Positions 27,785 through 37,216 of a DNA stretch of 64,000 nt are shown here, piece by piece. Origin of the DNA: Methanomassiliicoccales archaeon (GTDB taxonomy: Archaea > Thermoplasmatota > Thermoplasmata > Methanomassiliicoccales > UBA472); the NCBI GenBank assembly GCA_028682895.1, contig JAJRAK010000057.1, positions 48,778-112,777 on the forward strand. The letters are read 5' to 3'. Below the pieces are notes generated by a model that saw only the letters and a program-made list of their open reading frames with translations, was not told where the DNA came from and searched no databases. Made by a program: the position numbers and the translations under genes. Each line of letters starts with the position of its first letter. Position 1 is the first letter of the stretch.

Positions 27785-28626
27785 CAGGCACCACCCCACA
27801 GGCCGAACGCCTTCATCACCATGGTGAACGCGACGATGAACAGCAGGACGGCGAACCATTTGCGCAACTGTGCGGTCGAATAGTGGGCGACGGCCCTGGT
27901 ACCGATGTATGCACCTGTGAACGTGCCCAGCGCCACAGCCGCGCACAGGTAGGCGTCCAGCAGTCCATGTCCGTAGAATATCACTGCACCGGTGAGGGCG
28001 GTCACGCCGATCATGAAATTGCTGGTGGCGGTGGCCGCCTTCAACGGTACGTTCATGCACACGTTCATCACCGGTACCTTGACCAGCCCTCCGCCGACGC
28101 CAAGCAGACCGGACAACATGCCGGCCACGCCGCTGTACGCCAATCCTTTCCTCAATCCCTTGACGCCGTAGCTCACCTTGATATCTTCCTTGGGGTCCAC
28201 ATAGCTGCAGGACAGGTCCAGCGAATCATTGCAGGCGGCATCCTCCGGGGAAAATATGATTTCGCGGTGCCGGACCATCATGACGGCCGAGTACACCAGG
28301 AGCATTGAGAAAAGCAGGAAGAGCACCGTCTGGTCGGTGTAGACGGCGATCAGGGCGCCGACTATGGACCCGATGGTGGTGGACATCTCCAGGAAGAGGG
28401 CCAAGCGGACGTTGGTCAGACCTTGCTTCACGTACCTGGTAGCCGCACCGGTCGAGGTGGCGATCACACCTATCAAGCTGGCGCCTATGGCCTCCTGCAT
28501 AGGGATGCCGAAACCGAGGGTGAGGAGAGGGATGATGATGAGCCCCCCGCCGATCCCCATCAGCGCCCCGACGAGCCCGGCGCTGATGCACAGAAGGGCG
28601 ATGAGAAGCAGGACCAGCGGTTCCAT
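27784..28626 (-). CDS. TauE/SafE family sulfite/anion exporter (DUF81)
   Basis: Start chosen at MEPLVLLLIALLCISAGLVGALMGIGGGLIIIPLL, with 28653 as an alternative. The second half repeats the motif (GMLSGLLGVGGGLVKVPVM). Confidence 0.8.
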   Translation of the reverse strand: MEPLVLLLIALLCISAGLVGALMGIGGGLIIIPLLTLGFGIPMQEAIGASLIGVIATSTGAATRYVKQGLTNVRLALFLEMSTTIGSIVGALIAVYTDQTVLFLLFSMLLVYSAVMMVRHREIIFSPEDAACNDSLDLSCSYVDPKEDIKVSYGVKGLRKGLAYSGVAGMLSGLLGVGGGLVKVPVMNVCMNVPLKAATATSNFMIGVTALTGAVIFYGHGLLDAYLCAAVALGTFTGAYIGTRAVAHYSTAQLRKWFAVLLFIVAFTMVMKAFGLWGGA

Positions 28627-28690
28627 TGCCAGGTCATGGACGGAGCATGTCATAATCCTAACGGGAGAATGATTTATTACCCCGAGCGGC

Positions 28691-29554
28691 ATGGATGGGG
28701 GCATGGGCCTGTTGCTGGTCAGGTATGCCGAGATGGGGTTGAAGAGCCCGGGCATCCGCCGTTATTTCGAGAAGGTGCTCATCCACAACATGATGGCGGC
28801 ACTTGCCAACGACCATCTCGAGGCGTTCATCGAGTCCCAGTACGGACGCATCTTCGTCACCACCGACCGACCGGAGGAGACATCGGCCGTTCTGCGCCGG
28901 GTCTTCGGGGTCTCATCGCTGAGCCATGTTCAGCAGTGCGTTTCCAGCATACCGGAGATGAGGAAGCTCGCCCTGGAGGTCGCCACACCTTTGTTGAAGG
29001 ACGGCTCCAGCTTCAGGGTGGAGGCCCGTCGGAATGGGACCCATCCCTATACGAGCATGCAGCTGGCCGCACAGGCCGGCGAGGAAATATATGAGGCGAA
29101 CCGGCACCGGGGAGTGCATGTGGACCTGCACCATCCCGAACTGGTCATCTACGTGGAGGTGCGCGACCGGCGCGCCTATGTGTTCAGCGAGTACATCGAT
29201 GGACCTGGCGGCCTGCCGATGGGAAGCCAGGGGAAGGTAGTGGCGCTCATTGACAATAAAAGGGACGCCCTTGCTGCCTGGATGATGATGAAGAGGGGCT
29301 GTCGTGCGCTCTTCCTCGTACAGGACGAGGAATCGATGAGGATACTTGAGCGCTGGGACCCGGAGCCGAGACGCGTCACGGGAACCCCGGGCAAGCTGGC
29401 GTACGTCAACAAGGCACAGGGGATCGTCGTAGGCTGGTCGCTGGACGACATCGTCCGCGCCCAAGAGATGAACGTCGACGTACCGATATACCATCCCCTC
29501 ATAGGGATGGACGATGCCGAGGTGGAGAGGCGTCTCAGGGAGATCTCGTCATAA
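28691..29554 (+). CDS. ThiI-like THUMP-domain protein with degenerate, truncated PP-loop domain
   Basis: The N-terminal ferredoxin-like plus THUMP part is LLLVRYAEMGLKSPGIRRYFE...FRVEARRNG...VIYVEVRDRRAYV. The expected PP-loop reads VVALIDNKRDALAAWMMMKRG instead of SGGxDS. The protein ends about 100 aa later. Confidence 0.6.
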   Translation: MDGGMGLLLVRYAEMGLKSPGIRRYFEKVLIHNMMAALANDHLEAFIESQYGRIFVTTDRPEETSAVLRRVFGVSSLSHVQQCVSSIPEMRKLALEVATPLLKDGSSFRVEARRNGTHPYTSMQLAAQAGEEIYEANRHRGVHVDLHHPELVIYVEVRDRRAYVFSEYIDGPGGLPMGSQGKVVALIDNKRDALAAWMMMKRGCRALFLVQDEESMRILERWDPEPRRVTGTPGKLAYVNKAQGIVVGWSLDDIVRAQEMNVDVPIYHPLIGMDDAEVERRLREISS

Positions 29555-29589
29555 TTTTTATTAGACCATCGCGACGCGCCCTTCGGAAG

Positions 29590-29644
29590 AAAAGATAGAA
29601 AGGAAAGGTGTTTGTAAGGTTTGTGAAGTAGGCCGTTCGCCTAC
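29590..29644 (-). terminator. Candidate terminator after rpl15e: hairpin overlapping the stop codon followed by a pyrimidine/T-rich tract
   Basis: The stem GTAGGC(29628-29633)/GCCTAC(29639-29644) has loop CGTTC. On the minus strand it is followed by ...cctttcctttcctttctatcttttcttcc. Archaeal termination typically uses oligo-T. This was not tested. Confidence 0.3.
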
Positions 29645-30279
29645 TTTATGTGGTGGTGGTGGGCCCTGACGGAGGGACGAGCGTTCTCTGCGCCCTTGCC
29701 CTTCCAGTGCAATCCACGGCCCTTGCGCCCGGCGGACGTCTTACCGCGGAAGACCCTGCCCTTGTTGGCGTTGTCACACAGCCAGTTCAGGTTCTTGTCC
29801 GCCATGATCGACGGGTGGTGCTTGTCCACCAGGATGACCTCGTACCAGACGTGCTTGCCGTCCTCCCCTACCCAGTAGGAGTTGAGGACCTCCATGTTGG
29901 GATAGCGCTTGGCGGACCTCTCCTCGGTGATCCTCTTCAAGCTCTTTCCCATGGTGATCTTGACCATACCCTCACGCTTGGACCTGCGCCCCTTGTAGCC
30001 AAAGCGCTTGTGCAGTCCGCCCTTTCGGACGCGGCCGCGGACGACGATTATGCCCTGCTTTGCCTTGTAGCCAAGAGCGCGGGCACGGTCCAACCGGGTA
30101 GGCCTCTCTATGCGGGAAAAGTTCTTCTCCCGCCTCCATGTGATGAGCCGCTCCCAGTTCAATGCCTTTACGTAAGAATCATCAGGTCGGTCCCAGGCGT
30201 CGGATATGTAAGAGTACATGCTCTTTCCGTTCACTGGTCTAGGCCCTTCCTCGTTATCTTCAACCTTTTTCTCTACCAT
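29641..30279 (-). CDS. rpl15e: 50S ribosomal protein L15e
   Basis: [68 protein letters not shown] is an unmistakable L15e. The start is uncertain. ATG 30279 has a GGTGAT SD 4 nt upstream. ATG 30219 (MYSY) would give the canonical length. The protein has an unusual RAHHHHIK C-terminus and a TAG stop. Confidence 0.9.
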   Translation of the reverse strand: MVEKKVEDNEEGPRPVNGKSMYSYISDAWDRPDDSYVKALNWERLITWRREKNFSRIERPTRLDRARALGYKAKQGIIVVRGRVRKGGLHKRFGYKGRRSKREGMVKITMGKSLKRITEERSAKRYPNMEVLNSYWVGEDGKHVWYEVILVDKHHPSIMADKNLNWLCDNANKGRVFRGKTSAGRKGRGLHWKGKGAENARPSVRAHHHHIK

Positions 30280-30462
30280 TTGTATCACCAGTGCCACATA
30301 TTGCGGCGCTTCGGGATTCGCCCCTTTCGGGGTACAGCTCCGACGAGACTTCCCGTCTCGTTACGAAAGCCACTGATAATCTAGCCGTATTAAACGGTTT
30401 GCATGAAATGCGTCATCCAAATGAGCGCGTCCAGCAGTTCAAATGATACCCCGCCCCGTTCA

Positions 30463-32898
30463 TCACATGAAATCGTCCAGTGACAATTTCTTGTCCGTCT
30501 TCTTCACCTGCTCCAGCTTTATGACGGGCTTCTTCTCCTCCGGGGGGGAGTAATCGAAGAGGTTCGCCTGCTGGTTCCCGTTCATCAGGTCCTTGTCCCC
30601 CCAACCGAACACCTCTGTCGCTCGTGACAGCGTCTGCGCCAGGCGCTCGGCGTAGTAGCGGTAGTCGGGCGTGTACGTGAACTCTTGGCCGGAGATGTAG
30701 GGCTGTATCTCCTGCGGCTTCTTGCGGGAATTGGTGACGATCCACGATACCTTCATCCCAGGAACAAAATCGTATCCCATCTCCATCAGCTTCTTGGCCG
30801 TCTGCACCGTCGCCTGCGCGTCCGGGTTGGCGTAGTCCTTGAACGACCGGCATCCTTTCGAGATGATCAGCTTCTCCAACGGGACGTTCCCGGCCAGTAT
30901 GTTCTGGACGGCACTGCGGGCGGCCTTGACCGCGTCGTCCGTCTTCCCGTCCATGATGAACTCGAAGATGGTCATGAGCGACTCGGACTGCAGGTCGAAG
31001 GCGTCGGTGCGCCGCACCTCGTAGCCACGGATGACCAGCTCCTCCTTTGGCCATACCATCCTGCCCACGTATCTCTTCTTCTTTCCGTGGGAGAACAACG
31101 GTTCCATTATCTTCTCGAACTCCAGGGAGCCGCCCTCCTTGGAGAAGCGCGCCGCTAGCTCCTTCCCGAACGATAGCGACCCTTCCAGGTCGGAATGGGG
31201 CGATTGTACGAAGACCGAGTCAGTGTCGGAGTAGATGACGTTGGTCCCTTCATCCTCCAGGGATTTGATTATGCCCTTGGTCGTCTCCCTGGCGAAGGCG
31301 GTGATGCTGCCGCCGATGCTGCGGTCGGTGAACCTGTAGAACGAGGAGGCGAACACCCCGTAGAAGGAGTTCATGAGTATCTTGATGGCACCCTGCAGAC
31401 CGTCGTAGTAATGTGCCTCCTCGGAGTCCTTGGCCTGCTTCATGAGCGCCTTGGTCTCGTCTCGGCGGCGCATGAGGTCGGCCAATATCGATGGCAGTAT
31501 GCCTGGCTGCTGCTCCTTGCTCAGGAAATGCACGCCTAGGGGGGAGACCACCTCACCGTTGTCGTTGCGGGTGGTGAAGCAGATGTTACGGGCGATGATG
31601 AGGCTGGGGTACATGGACTTGAAGTCCAGCACGCACACCCAATGGTAGACGCCAGGGGATATCTCGTGCACGTACCCGCCCTCGATCGCCTCCTCATCAT
31701 CGTCATAGTTGCCTGTCAAGGGCACTGCCACCTGCGGCGTGTGCCGGTCGGCGGCGCGTATCATTATCGCGTCTATGAGCTGGGACGATCCGCTGTTGAG
31801 GACGTCGTCGACAGGCATGCGGGAAACGGCGGCAAGGTCCATGCCCTTCCGTATGCGACCTACCTTGCCCAGTATCTTTAGGGCTAGCTCTGCATCGCGA
31901 GTACAGTATGCCAGCACCTTGTCGCGGTTGTTCGTCCACTCCTTGTCGATGGCCCGGGGATCATAATCCTCGCCCACCTTCATCTTCATGTCCACGTCGA
32001 GCTTCTCCTCGCCCAGGAGCAGCTTGGAGACAGCGTTCAACGTCTCCTGCTTTGGTTTTACCTCTATCTTCACTGCCCACCAGGCATCGGTGATCAACCG
32101 TCCTGTGCAGCGCCAGAAGCGGTTCATGACACGGCGCGGGGTGGAGTGGTCCCTACCCCACTTCAGTTCTTCCAGGCCTAGCTTCTTGGCCCTCTCCATC
32201 AGGAACGGTATATCGTACCCATCGATGTTGTACCCGGTTATGACATCCGGGTCCTCCATCTGAAGGACCTTGGTGAAACGCTCGAATATCTCCTTCTCGG
32301 TGCCGAATATAGGCTCGCCGCTCCTCATCCCCCCTTCGTCCTTGATGACGTAGCAGATGGTATAGACTGTCTCGTCCTTGATCGAGTTCTCAATGTCGAA
32401 GGAGAGGACCTTCAGCTTGGGCGTGAACGGCGGTATCTCGGTGAACCCTCGCAGATTGATGGTGATGTCCGTGGTGTATTCGCCCTTGATCTCCTCCCCT
32501 CTCGCGGTGAAGCAGGCGGGAAGGTCGTTATCGTAGATGAAACGGTGATGGAACGGTATGTCGGCGGCATAGACCTCAAAGCCCCTCTGCCTCAGCTCGT
32601 TGCGGTACTGGGGCACGACCCAGGGGAACTTGATCACCACCTTGGAACATTTTTGGGTCCGTCCCTTGTTGATCAGGAAGAGATCGACCGGGTCGATGGT
32701 GAGAAAATCATCCTTCCCTTGAACGTAAGGAAGGACCTCTTCGGGGGGCGCGGACACGTGGAAATATGGGCGGAACCCGATCTTGCGCATGGTGATGGAG
32801 CGCCCGTCACGGGTCTTGCCGTAAAGCTCGATGATGATGTTGTCGTTCTCCCCTCTCGAATAGGAGGCGGTTAGCAGTCTGACGTCCCACTCGCCCAT
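30463..32898 (-). CDS. polB: Family B DNA polymerase
   Basis: 811 aa with Exo I FDIEN, motif A DFKSMYPS, motif B KILMNSFYG and motif C YSDTDSVF. No intein-sized insertion is present. Confidence 0.95.
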   Translation of the reverse strand: MGEWDVRLLTASYSRGENDNIIIELYGKTRDGRSITMRKIGFRPYFHVSAPPEEVLPYVQGKDDFLTIDPVDLFLINKGRTQKCSKVVIKFPWVVPQYRNELRQRGFEVYAADIPFHHRFIYDNDLPACFTARGEEIKGEYTTDITINLRGFTEIPPFTPKLKVLSFDIENSIKDETVYTICYVIKDEGGMRSGEPIFGTEKEIFERFTKVLQMEDPDVITGYNIDGYDIPFLMERAKKLGLEELKWGRDHSTPRRVMNRFWRCTGRLITDAWWAVKIEVKPKQETLNAVSKLLLGEEKLDVDMKMKVGEDYDPRAIDKEWTNNRDKVLAYCTRDAELALKILGKVGRIRKGMDLAAVSRMPVDDVLNSGSSQLIDAIMIRAADRHTPQVAVPLTGNYDDDEEAIEGGYVHEISPGVYHWVCVLDFKSMYPSLIIARNICFTTRNDNGEVVSPLGVHFLSKEQQPGILPSILADLMRRRDETKALMKQAKDSEEAHYYDGLQGAIKILMNSFYGVFASSFYRFTDRSIGGSITAFARETTKGIIKSLEDEGTNVIYSDTDSVFVQSPHSDLEGSLSFGKELAARFSKEGGSLEFEKIMEPLFSHGKKKRYVGRMVWPKEELVIRGYEVRRTDAFDLQSESLMTIFEFIMDGKTDDAVKAARSAVQNILAGNVPLEKLIISKGCRSFKDYANPDAQATVQTAKKLMEMGYDFVPGMKVSWIVTNSRKKPQEIQPYISGQEFTYTPDYRYYAERLAQTLSRATEVFGWGDKDLMNGNQQANLFDYSPPEEKKPVIKLEQVKKTDKKLSLDDFM

Positions 32899-32901
32899 CG
32901 C

Positions 32902-34092
32902 TTACCTCTTGGCCACTATTGTCATGACGTCCTCGTTCTCCATTATGTGGTCGTGACCGACGACGCGATGGGTGCGGGCGTTTATGGCCCTGATGAAATT
33001 ATCACCTAGGTCGGTGTGGACCTTGTAGGCCATGTCCCTGGCGGTGCTGCCCTTCTTCAGCAGGAACGCATCGGGAAGCACGCGTCCATCGTGATCGGTC
33101 AGATGGCCCTCGTCCTCCACAGGATATACGACTATGAGGTCCAGCAGCTCGAACGCGACCTTCTCCAGACATTTCTGCACGCCCGTGCCTTCATACCTCT
33201 GCATGACCTGTGCCATATAGTCGAGCGCCTTCTTCTGGTTGGCGTTCAGTTTGCTGGGGTCGTTCACCTTGAACTCCTTGTCGCCGGGGGTGTACGATAT
33301 GAGGCCTGCCTTGACCGCCCTGCGCAGTGCCAGTTCCGTCTCGGCGCAGGTGGGTATTGTCATATAGCCATCCAGCTCGCTCAGCCTTTTTACCAGGGCG
33401 GGATCGGCCACGTCCGCCTTGTTGAGCGCTATCATCATGGGCTTGCTCTGGCGGCGTATATGTTGCGCCAGGCGGTACATGTCCTCGTCCTTCCAGTCGA
33501 TGAGCTTCGGCGGCATGTTGGATTCGCGCAGGGCGGCCGAGACCTGGGCCTCGGTCACACCGAGACCGGTGAGCCGTTCGTGGATGACCTCCTCGATCTT
33601 CGCTCCCTCCAGATGCGCTCCGCGGGCGAACTTGTCGAACCCTTTGGCCATTATGCCCTTGATCCACTGGTTTATCTCCCGCTCCAGGAATATCAGGTCC
33701 TCCACCGGGTCGTGGCTGCCTGGCTTTACGACGTTCCCTTCGAAGTCGGAGGAACCGCTGGCATCAACGACGTGGATGAAAGCATCGGCCTGTCGGAGAT
33801 CGTCCAGGAACTGGTTGCCCAGCCCCTTGCCCTGACAGGCGTCTGGGACCAGCCCGGCCACGTCCAACAGCTCGATGGGTATGAGGCGGACACCGTTCTC
33901 GCAGGCGGAGTTGCGAGGTTGGCATTTGACCTGAAAGTCGATGTGCGGGCATTTACCGCGCACGAACCCCATGCCCTTGTTGGGCTTGATGGTGGTAAAT
34001 GGATAGTTCGCTATCTCGGCCGTGGCCATGGTGGCCGCCGAAAAGAATGTGGATTTGCCGACGTTCGGCTTACCTACTATTCCGATCAACAT
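32902..34092 (-). CDS. ychF: Obg-like ATPase/GTPase of the YchF/OLA1 family with C-terminal TGS domain
   Basis: 396 aa with G1 GIVGKPNVGKSTFF, G3 DVAGLV and G4 LNKAD. A TGS-like C-terminus follows (GSTARDMAYKVHTDLGDNFIRAINA). Confidence 0.85.
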   Translation of the reverse strand: MLIGIVGKPNVGKSTFFSAATMATAEIANYPFTTIKPNKGMGFVRGKCPHIDFQVKCQPRNSACENGVRLIPIELLDVAGLVPDACQGKGLGNQFLDDLRQADAFIHVVDASGSSDFEGNVVKPGSHDPVEDLIFLEREINQWIKGIMAKGFDKFARGAHLEGAKIEEVIHERLTGLGVTEAQVSAALRESNMPPKLIDWKDEDMYRLAQHIRRQSKPMMIALNKADVADPALVKRLSELDGYMTIPTCAETELALRRAVKAGLISYTPGDKEFKVNDPSKLNANQKKALDYMAQVMQRYEGTGVQKCLEKVAFELLDLIVVYPVEDEGHLTDHDGRVLPDAFLLKKGSTARDMAYKVHTDLGDNFIRAINARTHRVVGHDHIMENEDVMTIVAKR

Positions 34093-34163
34093 CTTTCTCA
34101 GACCCTCATGTCACTACTTGGTCAAGAGCGTTTCTCATTGTTGATTTTTTATGCCTCCTCTAC

Positions 34164-34172
34164 TTATATATA
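34164..34172. promoter_or_regulatory. TATA-like element (TTATATATA) in the divergent ychF / histidine-kinase intergenic region
   Basis: This is the only strongly AT-rich element in the 145-nt divergent spacer. It lies 66 nt upstream of ATG 34238, which itself has a GGTGAT SD, and 72 nt from the ychF start. Orientation is undetermined. Confidence 0.35.
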
Positions 34173-34237
34173 GGGAGTGTACCGAATTCTGATACGACCG
34201 AAAGAGAACTGTTCCGATAGATAGGTGATGCCTCGAG

Positions 34238-36382
34238 ATGATAAAAGTACTGCACGTGGACGATGATGTTCATTTTCTGGACGCGACCAGGGAATATCTG
34301 TCCATCCACGATATAGATGTCCACGGAGCCTCCAATGCGACGGAAGCTATCGAGGAGATAGTAAGTGGCAGGTATGATGCAGTGGTCTCCGATCACCTGA
34401 GGCCCAACTTGAACGGGCTGGAATTATTGAAGAGCATGAGAGAGAAAGGGAATGATATTCCCTTCATCCTTCTTACTGGACGGAGCAGTGAGGACACGGT
34501 CATAGCGGCCTTGAACCTCGGCGCCGACCTCTATTTACGAAAGGGTGCGGACCCGGGGTCGCAGTTCACTGAACTGGCCAACAATATCAAGGCAATAGTG
34601 GAAAAGAGAAAGGCCCTGGACAAGCTCTTCGATGACCAAGCGTTCTATCAACGTCTCGTAGCGAACCTGCCAGCGGTCGTGACCAGGGTACCTCTTGGCA
34701 AGGCGGAGCGGCCGTACATCAGCCCCGGTGTAAAGAACGTGATGGGAATTTCACCTGAAGAGGTGATGAACGATCCAGACAGGTATCTCACTGGGGACCT
34801 CCGGAGAACGTTCGATGACGTACTCATGAACATTCAAAAAGGAGAGGACATCCCACCTGTCATCCATCTCACCGTCACCGATGATGAGGGGACAGTGCAC
34901 TGGATAGAACAGAGACAGATCCTGATCAGGGATGACGGTGGCAGACCGCAAGCTGTCGAGACGTTCGCCTTCGACGTAACTGACGCCAAGAAACTGGCAG
35001 ATCATAACTCGTTCCTGTCCAGCATCATATCCAACAGTCTGAACGAGATCTATCTGCTGAACTATGACACGTACGTATGCGAGTTCGCCAACCAGAAAGC
35101 GCTGGACGATCAAGGCTGCGCCTTGGAGGAGCTCGCCGGAACGCCTTCCTTCTTGGGGGAGCAATTCACGAAGAAGAACATGGACCGGTTCGTTGAGGAC
35201 CTGCGGACCGGAAAACAGAACATGGTGACCGTGGAGGGCAGCATCCGCCGGAAGGACGGGAGGTCCCAACCGGTCGAGGTCTATGTTCAGATCACTGAGC
35301 CCCTGGGGGAAAAGAAGTTACTGGTCACCGTTTTTGACATCGACAGGATGAAGAGCGTGGAACGAGACCTCCAGAGGACGGAGGTCCTGTTACATAAGTA
35401 CCTTGAGCTCACACCGACCGCGATCATCATCCTGAACGGTCAATGGACGCCTACCTATGTGAACGACGCTTTCGCCCGGATCATGGGCCTTTCGAAGGAG
35501 CAGACCTATGGGCTCGATTTCGCTGTCATGCGGGACAAGGTCATTGATCTGGATAATTTCTTGAAGGCGTTCATGTCCTCCGGTAACCAGTATGCATGTG
35601 GTGAAGTGAGATTGAGGACCCCGGATGGCCTTAAGATCCTTTTCGTTTCGGCATCGCAGGTGGATGATGATACATACATCGGGTTCGGGGTCGACATCAC
35701 GGAGAAGAAGAGGACCGAACAGAACCTGCAGCAGCTGAACGAGAAGAGCCATCTGCTGGCCAGCATCACCCGCCATGACATCATGAACCAGGCGACGGTC
35801 ATGAGGGGCAACCTGGAGCTATTGAAGATCGTTGGCAGTGTTCCAGAGGACAGGTTGAAAGGCATGAACAACGCCATCAACAAGATCGAACAATATGTGA
35901 AGTTCGCCGATTCGTTCTCCAAGACCGGAAGCCTTGACCCTAAGTGGTTCGACGTCAAGGATGCCGCCGTCCATTCGTGGCAGACGATAGGAAATAAGGA
36001 AGTGAACTTCTCTGTGGATGTTCCGGGCATCGAGATCCTGGCAGATCCGATCTTCCCGAAGGTGTTCGACAATCTCATCATGAACTCCTTGCTCCACGGG
36101 ACCGGGATGGGCCGTATCGACCTTGCGATGGAGAGACGCGGTGAGGGGCTGGTGCTGATCTATTCCGACGATGGACCGGGCATACCTGACGACATTCGGC
36201 CGAGGCTCTTCAACAAAGGAGCTGGACGCAATACTGGTCTGGGCCTCTTCCTGATCAAACAGATACTGCATATCACCGACATCAGCATAGTCGAGAACGG
36301 TGAAGATGGCAAGGGCGTGCGCTTTGAGATGACGGTCCCAGCGGGCTCCTGGCGTCTGAAGTGCGGTTCGGCAAGTGGATGA
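34238..36382 (+). CDS. Hybrid sensor histidine kinase: N-terminal receiver, three PAS-like domains, HisKA/HATPase core
   Basis: The receiver is VLHVDDD...AVVSDHLRPNLNGLELL...ILLTGR...K. The H-box is SITRHDIMNQ, the N-box NLIMNSLLHG, G1 DDGPGIP and G2 GLGLFLIKQI. Confidence 0.85.
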   Translation: MIKVLHVDDDVHFLDATREYLSIHDIDVHGASNATEAIEEIVSGRYDAVVSDHLRPNLNGLELLKSMREKGNDIPFILLTGRSSEDTVIAALNLGADLYLRKGADPGSQFTELANNIKAIVEKRKALDKLFDDQAFYQRLVANLPAVVTRVPLGKAERPYISPGVKNVMGISPEEVMNDPDRYLTGDLRRTFDDVLMNIQKGEDIPPVIHLTVTDDEGTVHWIEQRQILIRDDGGRPQAVETFAFDVTDAKKLADHNSFLSSIISNSLNEIYLLNYDTYVCEFANQKALDDQGCALEELAGTPSFLGEQFTKKNMDRFVEDLRTGKQNMVTVEGSIRRKDGRSQPVEVYVQITEPLGEKKLLVTVFDIDRMKSVERDLQRTEVLLHKYLELTPTAIIILNGQWTPTYVNDAFARIMGLSKEQTYGLDFAVMRDKVIDLDNFLKAFMSSGNQYACGEVRLRTPDGLKILFVSASQVDDDTYIGFGVDITEKKRTEQNLQQLNEKSHLLASITRHDIMNQATVMRGNLELLKIVGSVPEDRLKGMNNAINKIEQYVKFADSFSKTGSLDPKWFDVKDAAVHSWQTIGNKEVNFSVDVPGIEILADPIFPKVFDNLIMNSLLHGTGMGRIDLAMERRGEGLVLIYSDDGPGIPDDIRPRLFNKGAGRNTGLGLFLIKQILHITDISIVENGEDGKGVRFEMTVPAGSWRLKCGSASG

Positions 36383-37183
36383 TCATCGACCCTTGGGGAA
36401 GGCCACGCCTGGCCGCTTGGTAAGGAATGAACCGGGAATGTCCCTGACCAACCGCTCCGCTTCCTTGATGGGGATGCCCAGCGACATGATGCTAGGAGGC
36501 AACCATTCGTTCCCGGTGGGGTCCGTCGGGCCGATGATGACCGCTCCAGGCGGGCAGTTGGCGGCCAATCCGGCCGGATAGGTGATGAACGAAGCGCAGC
36601 TGGCGCCCCATGGAGCGATGGCGGATGCGAAGACATCCTTGGTCCCGAAGTGCTGAAGGCTGAGCAGGTTGCGTATCTGTTCCGCCCCTCCGAACACCAA
36701 GACGCTGCGAGGCGTTCCCATGTCATCCACGAAATCATGGCAGGGAGTGACGCACAGATACTTACTTGGCGCCCTGATCTTGCCCACGGTCGCCACGCTG
36801 TCCTTCACCATCTGCGGGTCGCACTTGAGGTACTCGGCCTCTCCGTGCCTGTAGGTCGGCGACCCGGTGGAGATGAAGAAGTTCAGCCCTTCGGTCATCT
36901 CCATCAGACCGGTCCAGACCTGTCCCCCCGGGCATACACCGGTCTTGGCGTCCGCCCCGAGGTACAAAGAACTCTCCTCGCCCCGGGCACAAAGAAAGAT
37001 CGATTTTGCCAGGCATCTGTCCACCTGACCGAACGGTTGGCCGTTCTCGGGAACGGTCTCGCTCTCGAACATACATAATGGTTTCAGACCAAGATGCAGC
37101 GCCCCCCATAGCGCCTCCCCGATCTCAGGGACAGATATCGATCGGTCGTCCATCATCATAACCCGCCTTTGTATGGCGCCCAT
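36383..37183 (-). CDS. Hypothetical protein, possibly DUF169 family
   Basis: 266 aa and Cys-rich, with VCPGGQVW and a C-terminal SLGIPIKEAERLV. It resembles DUF169 (COG2043) from memory only. Its stop codon abuts the kinase stop (TGATCA). Confidence 0.4.
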   Translation of the reverse strand: MGAIQRRVMMMDDRSISVPEIGEALWGALHLGLKPLCMFESETVPENGQPFGQVDRCLAKSIFLCARGEESSLYLGADAKTGVCPGGQVWTGLMEMTEGLNFFISTGSPTYRHGEAEYLKCDPQMVKDSVATVGKIRAPSKYLCVTPCHDFVDDMGTPRSVLVFGGAEQIRNLLSLQHFGTKDVFASAIAPWGASCASFITYPAGLAANCPPGAVIIGPTDPTGNEWLPPSIMSLGIPIKEAERLVRDIPGSFLTKRPGVAFPKGR

Positions 37184-37216
37184 TACCTGATGGGATAATA
37201 AATGTTCACGGGACGA

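Noticed and set aside
29641-29643. Several genes use TAG as their stop codon: rpl15e at 29641, the PKD protein at 4657 and the TrkA-C gene at 11671. The frame stays open for a long way after the rpl15e TAG. I considered pyrrolysine or amber read-through because some Thermoplasmata-related methanogens decode UAG.
   Set aside because: The window contains no pyl genes or methylamine methyltransferases. The TAG codons sit at the expected protein ends. The rpl15e TAG is embedded in a terminator-like hairpin. The downstream open frame encodes low-complexity sequence. This cannot be resolved without the whole genome.
30463-32898. I checked polB for inteins or for a split gene, both common in archaeal PolB.
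   Set aside because: The 811-aa length is normal. The motifs Exo I, A, B and C occur in order with normal spacing. No Cys/Ser...HN-type intein junctions are evident.
36380-36385. Two convergent genes, the histidine kinase and the DUF169-like gene, have stop codons that abut as the palindrome TGATCA with zero intergenic bases.
   Set aside because: This is curious, since the transcripts must overlap or terminate inside the opposite gene. Such abutting convergent stops occur by chance in compact genomes, and nothing else supports a regulatory role.
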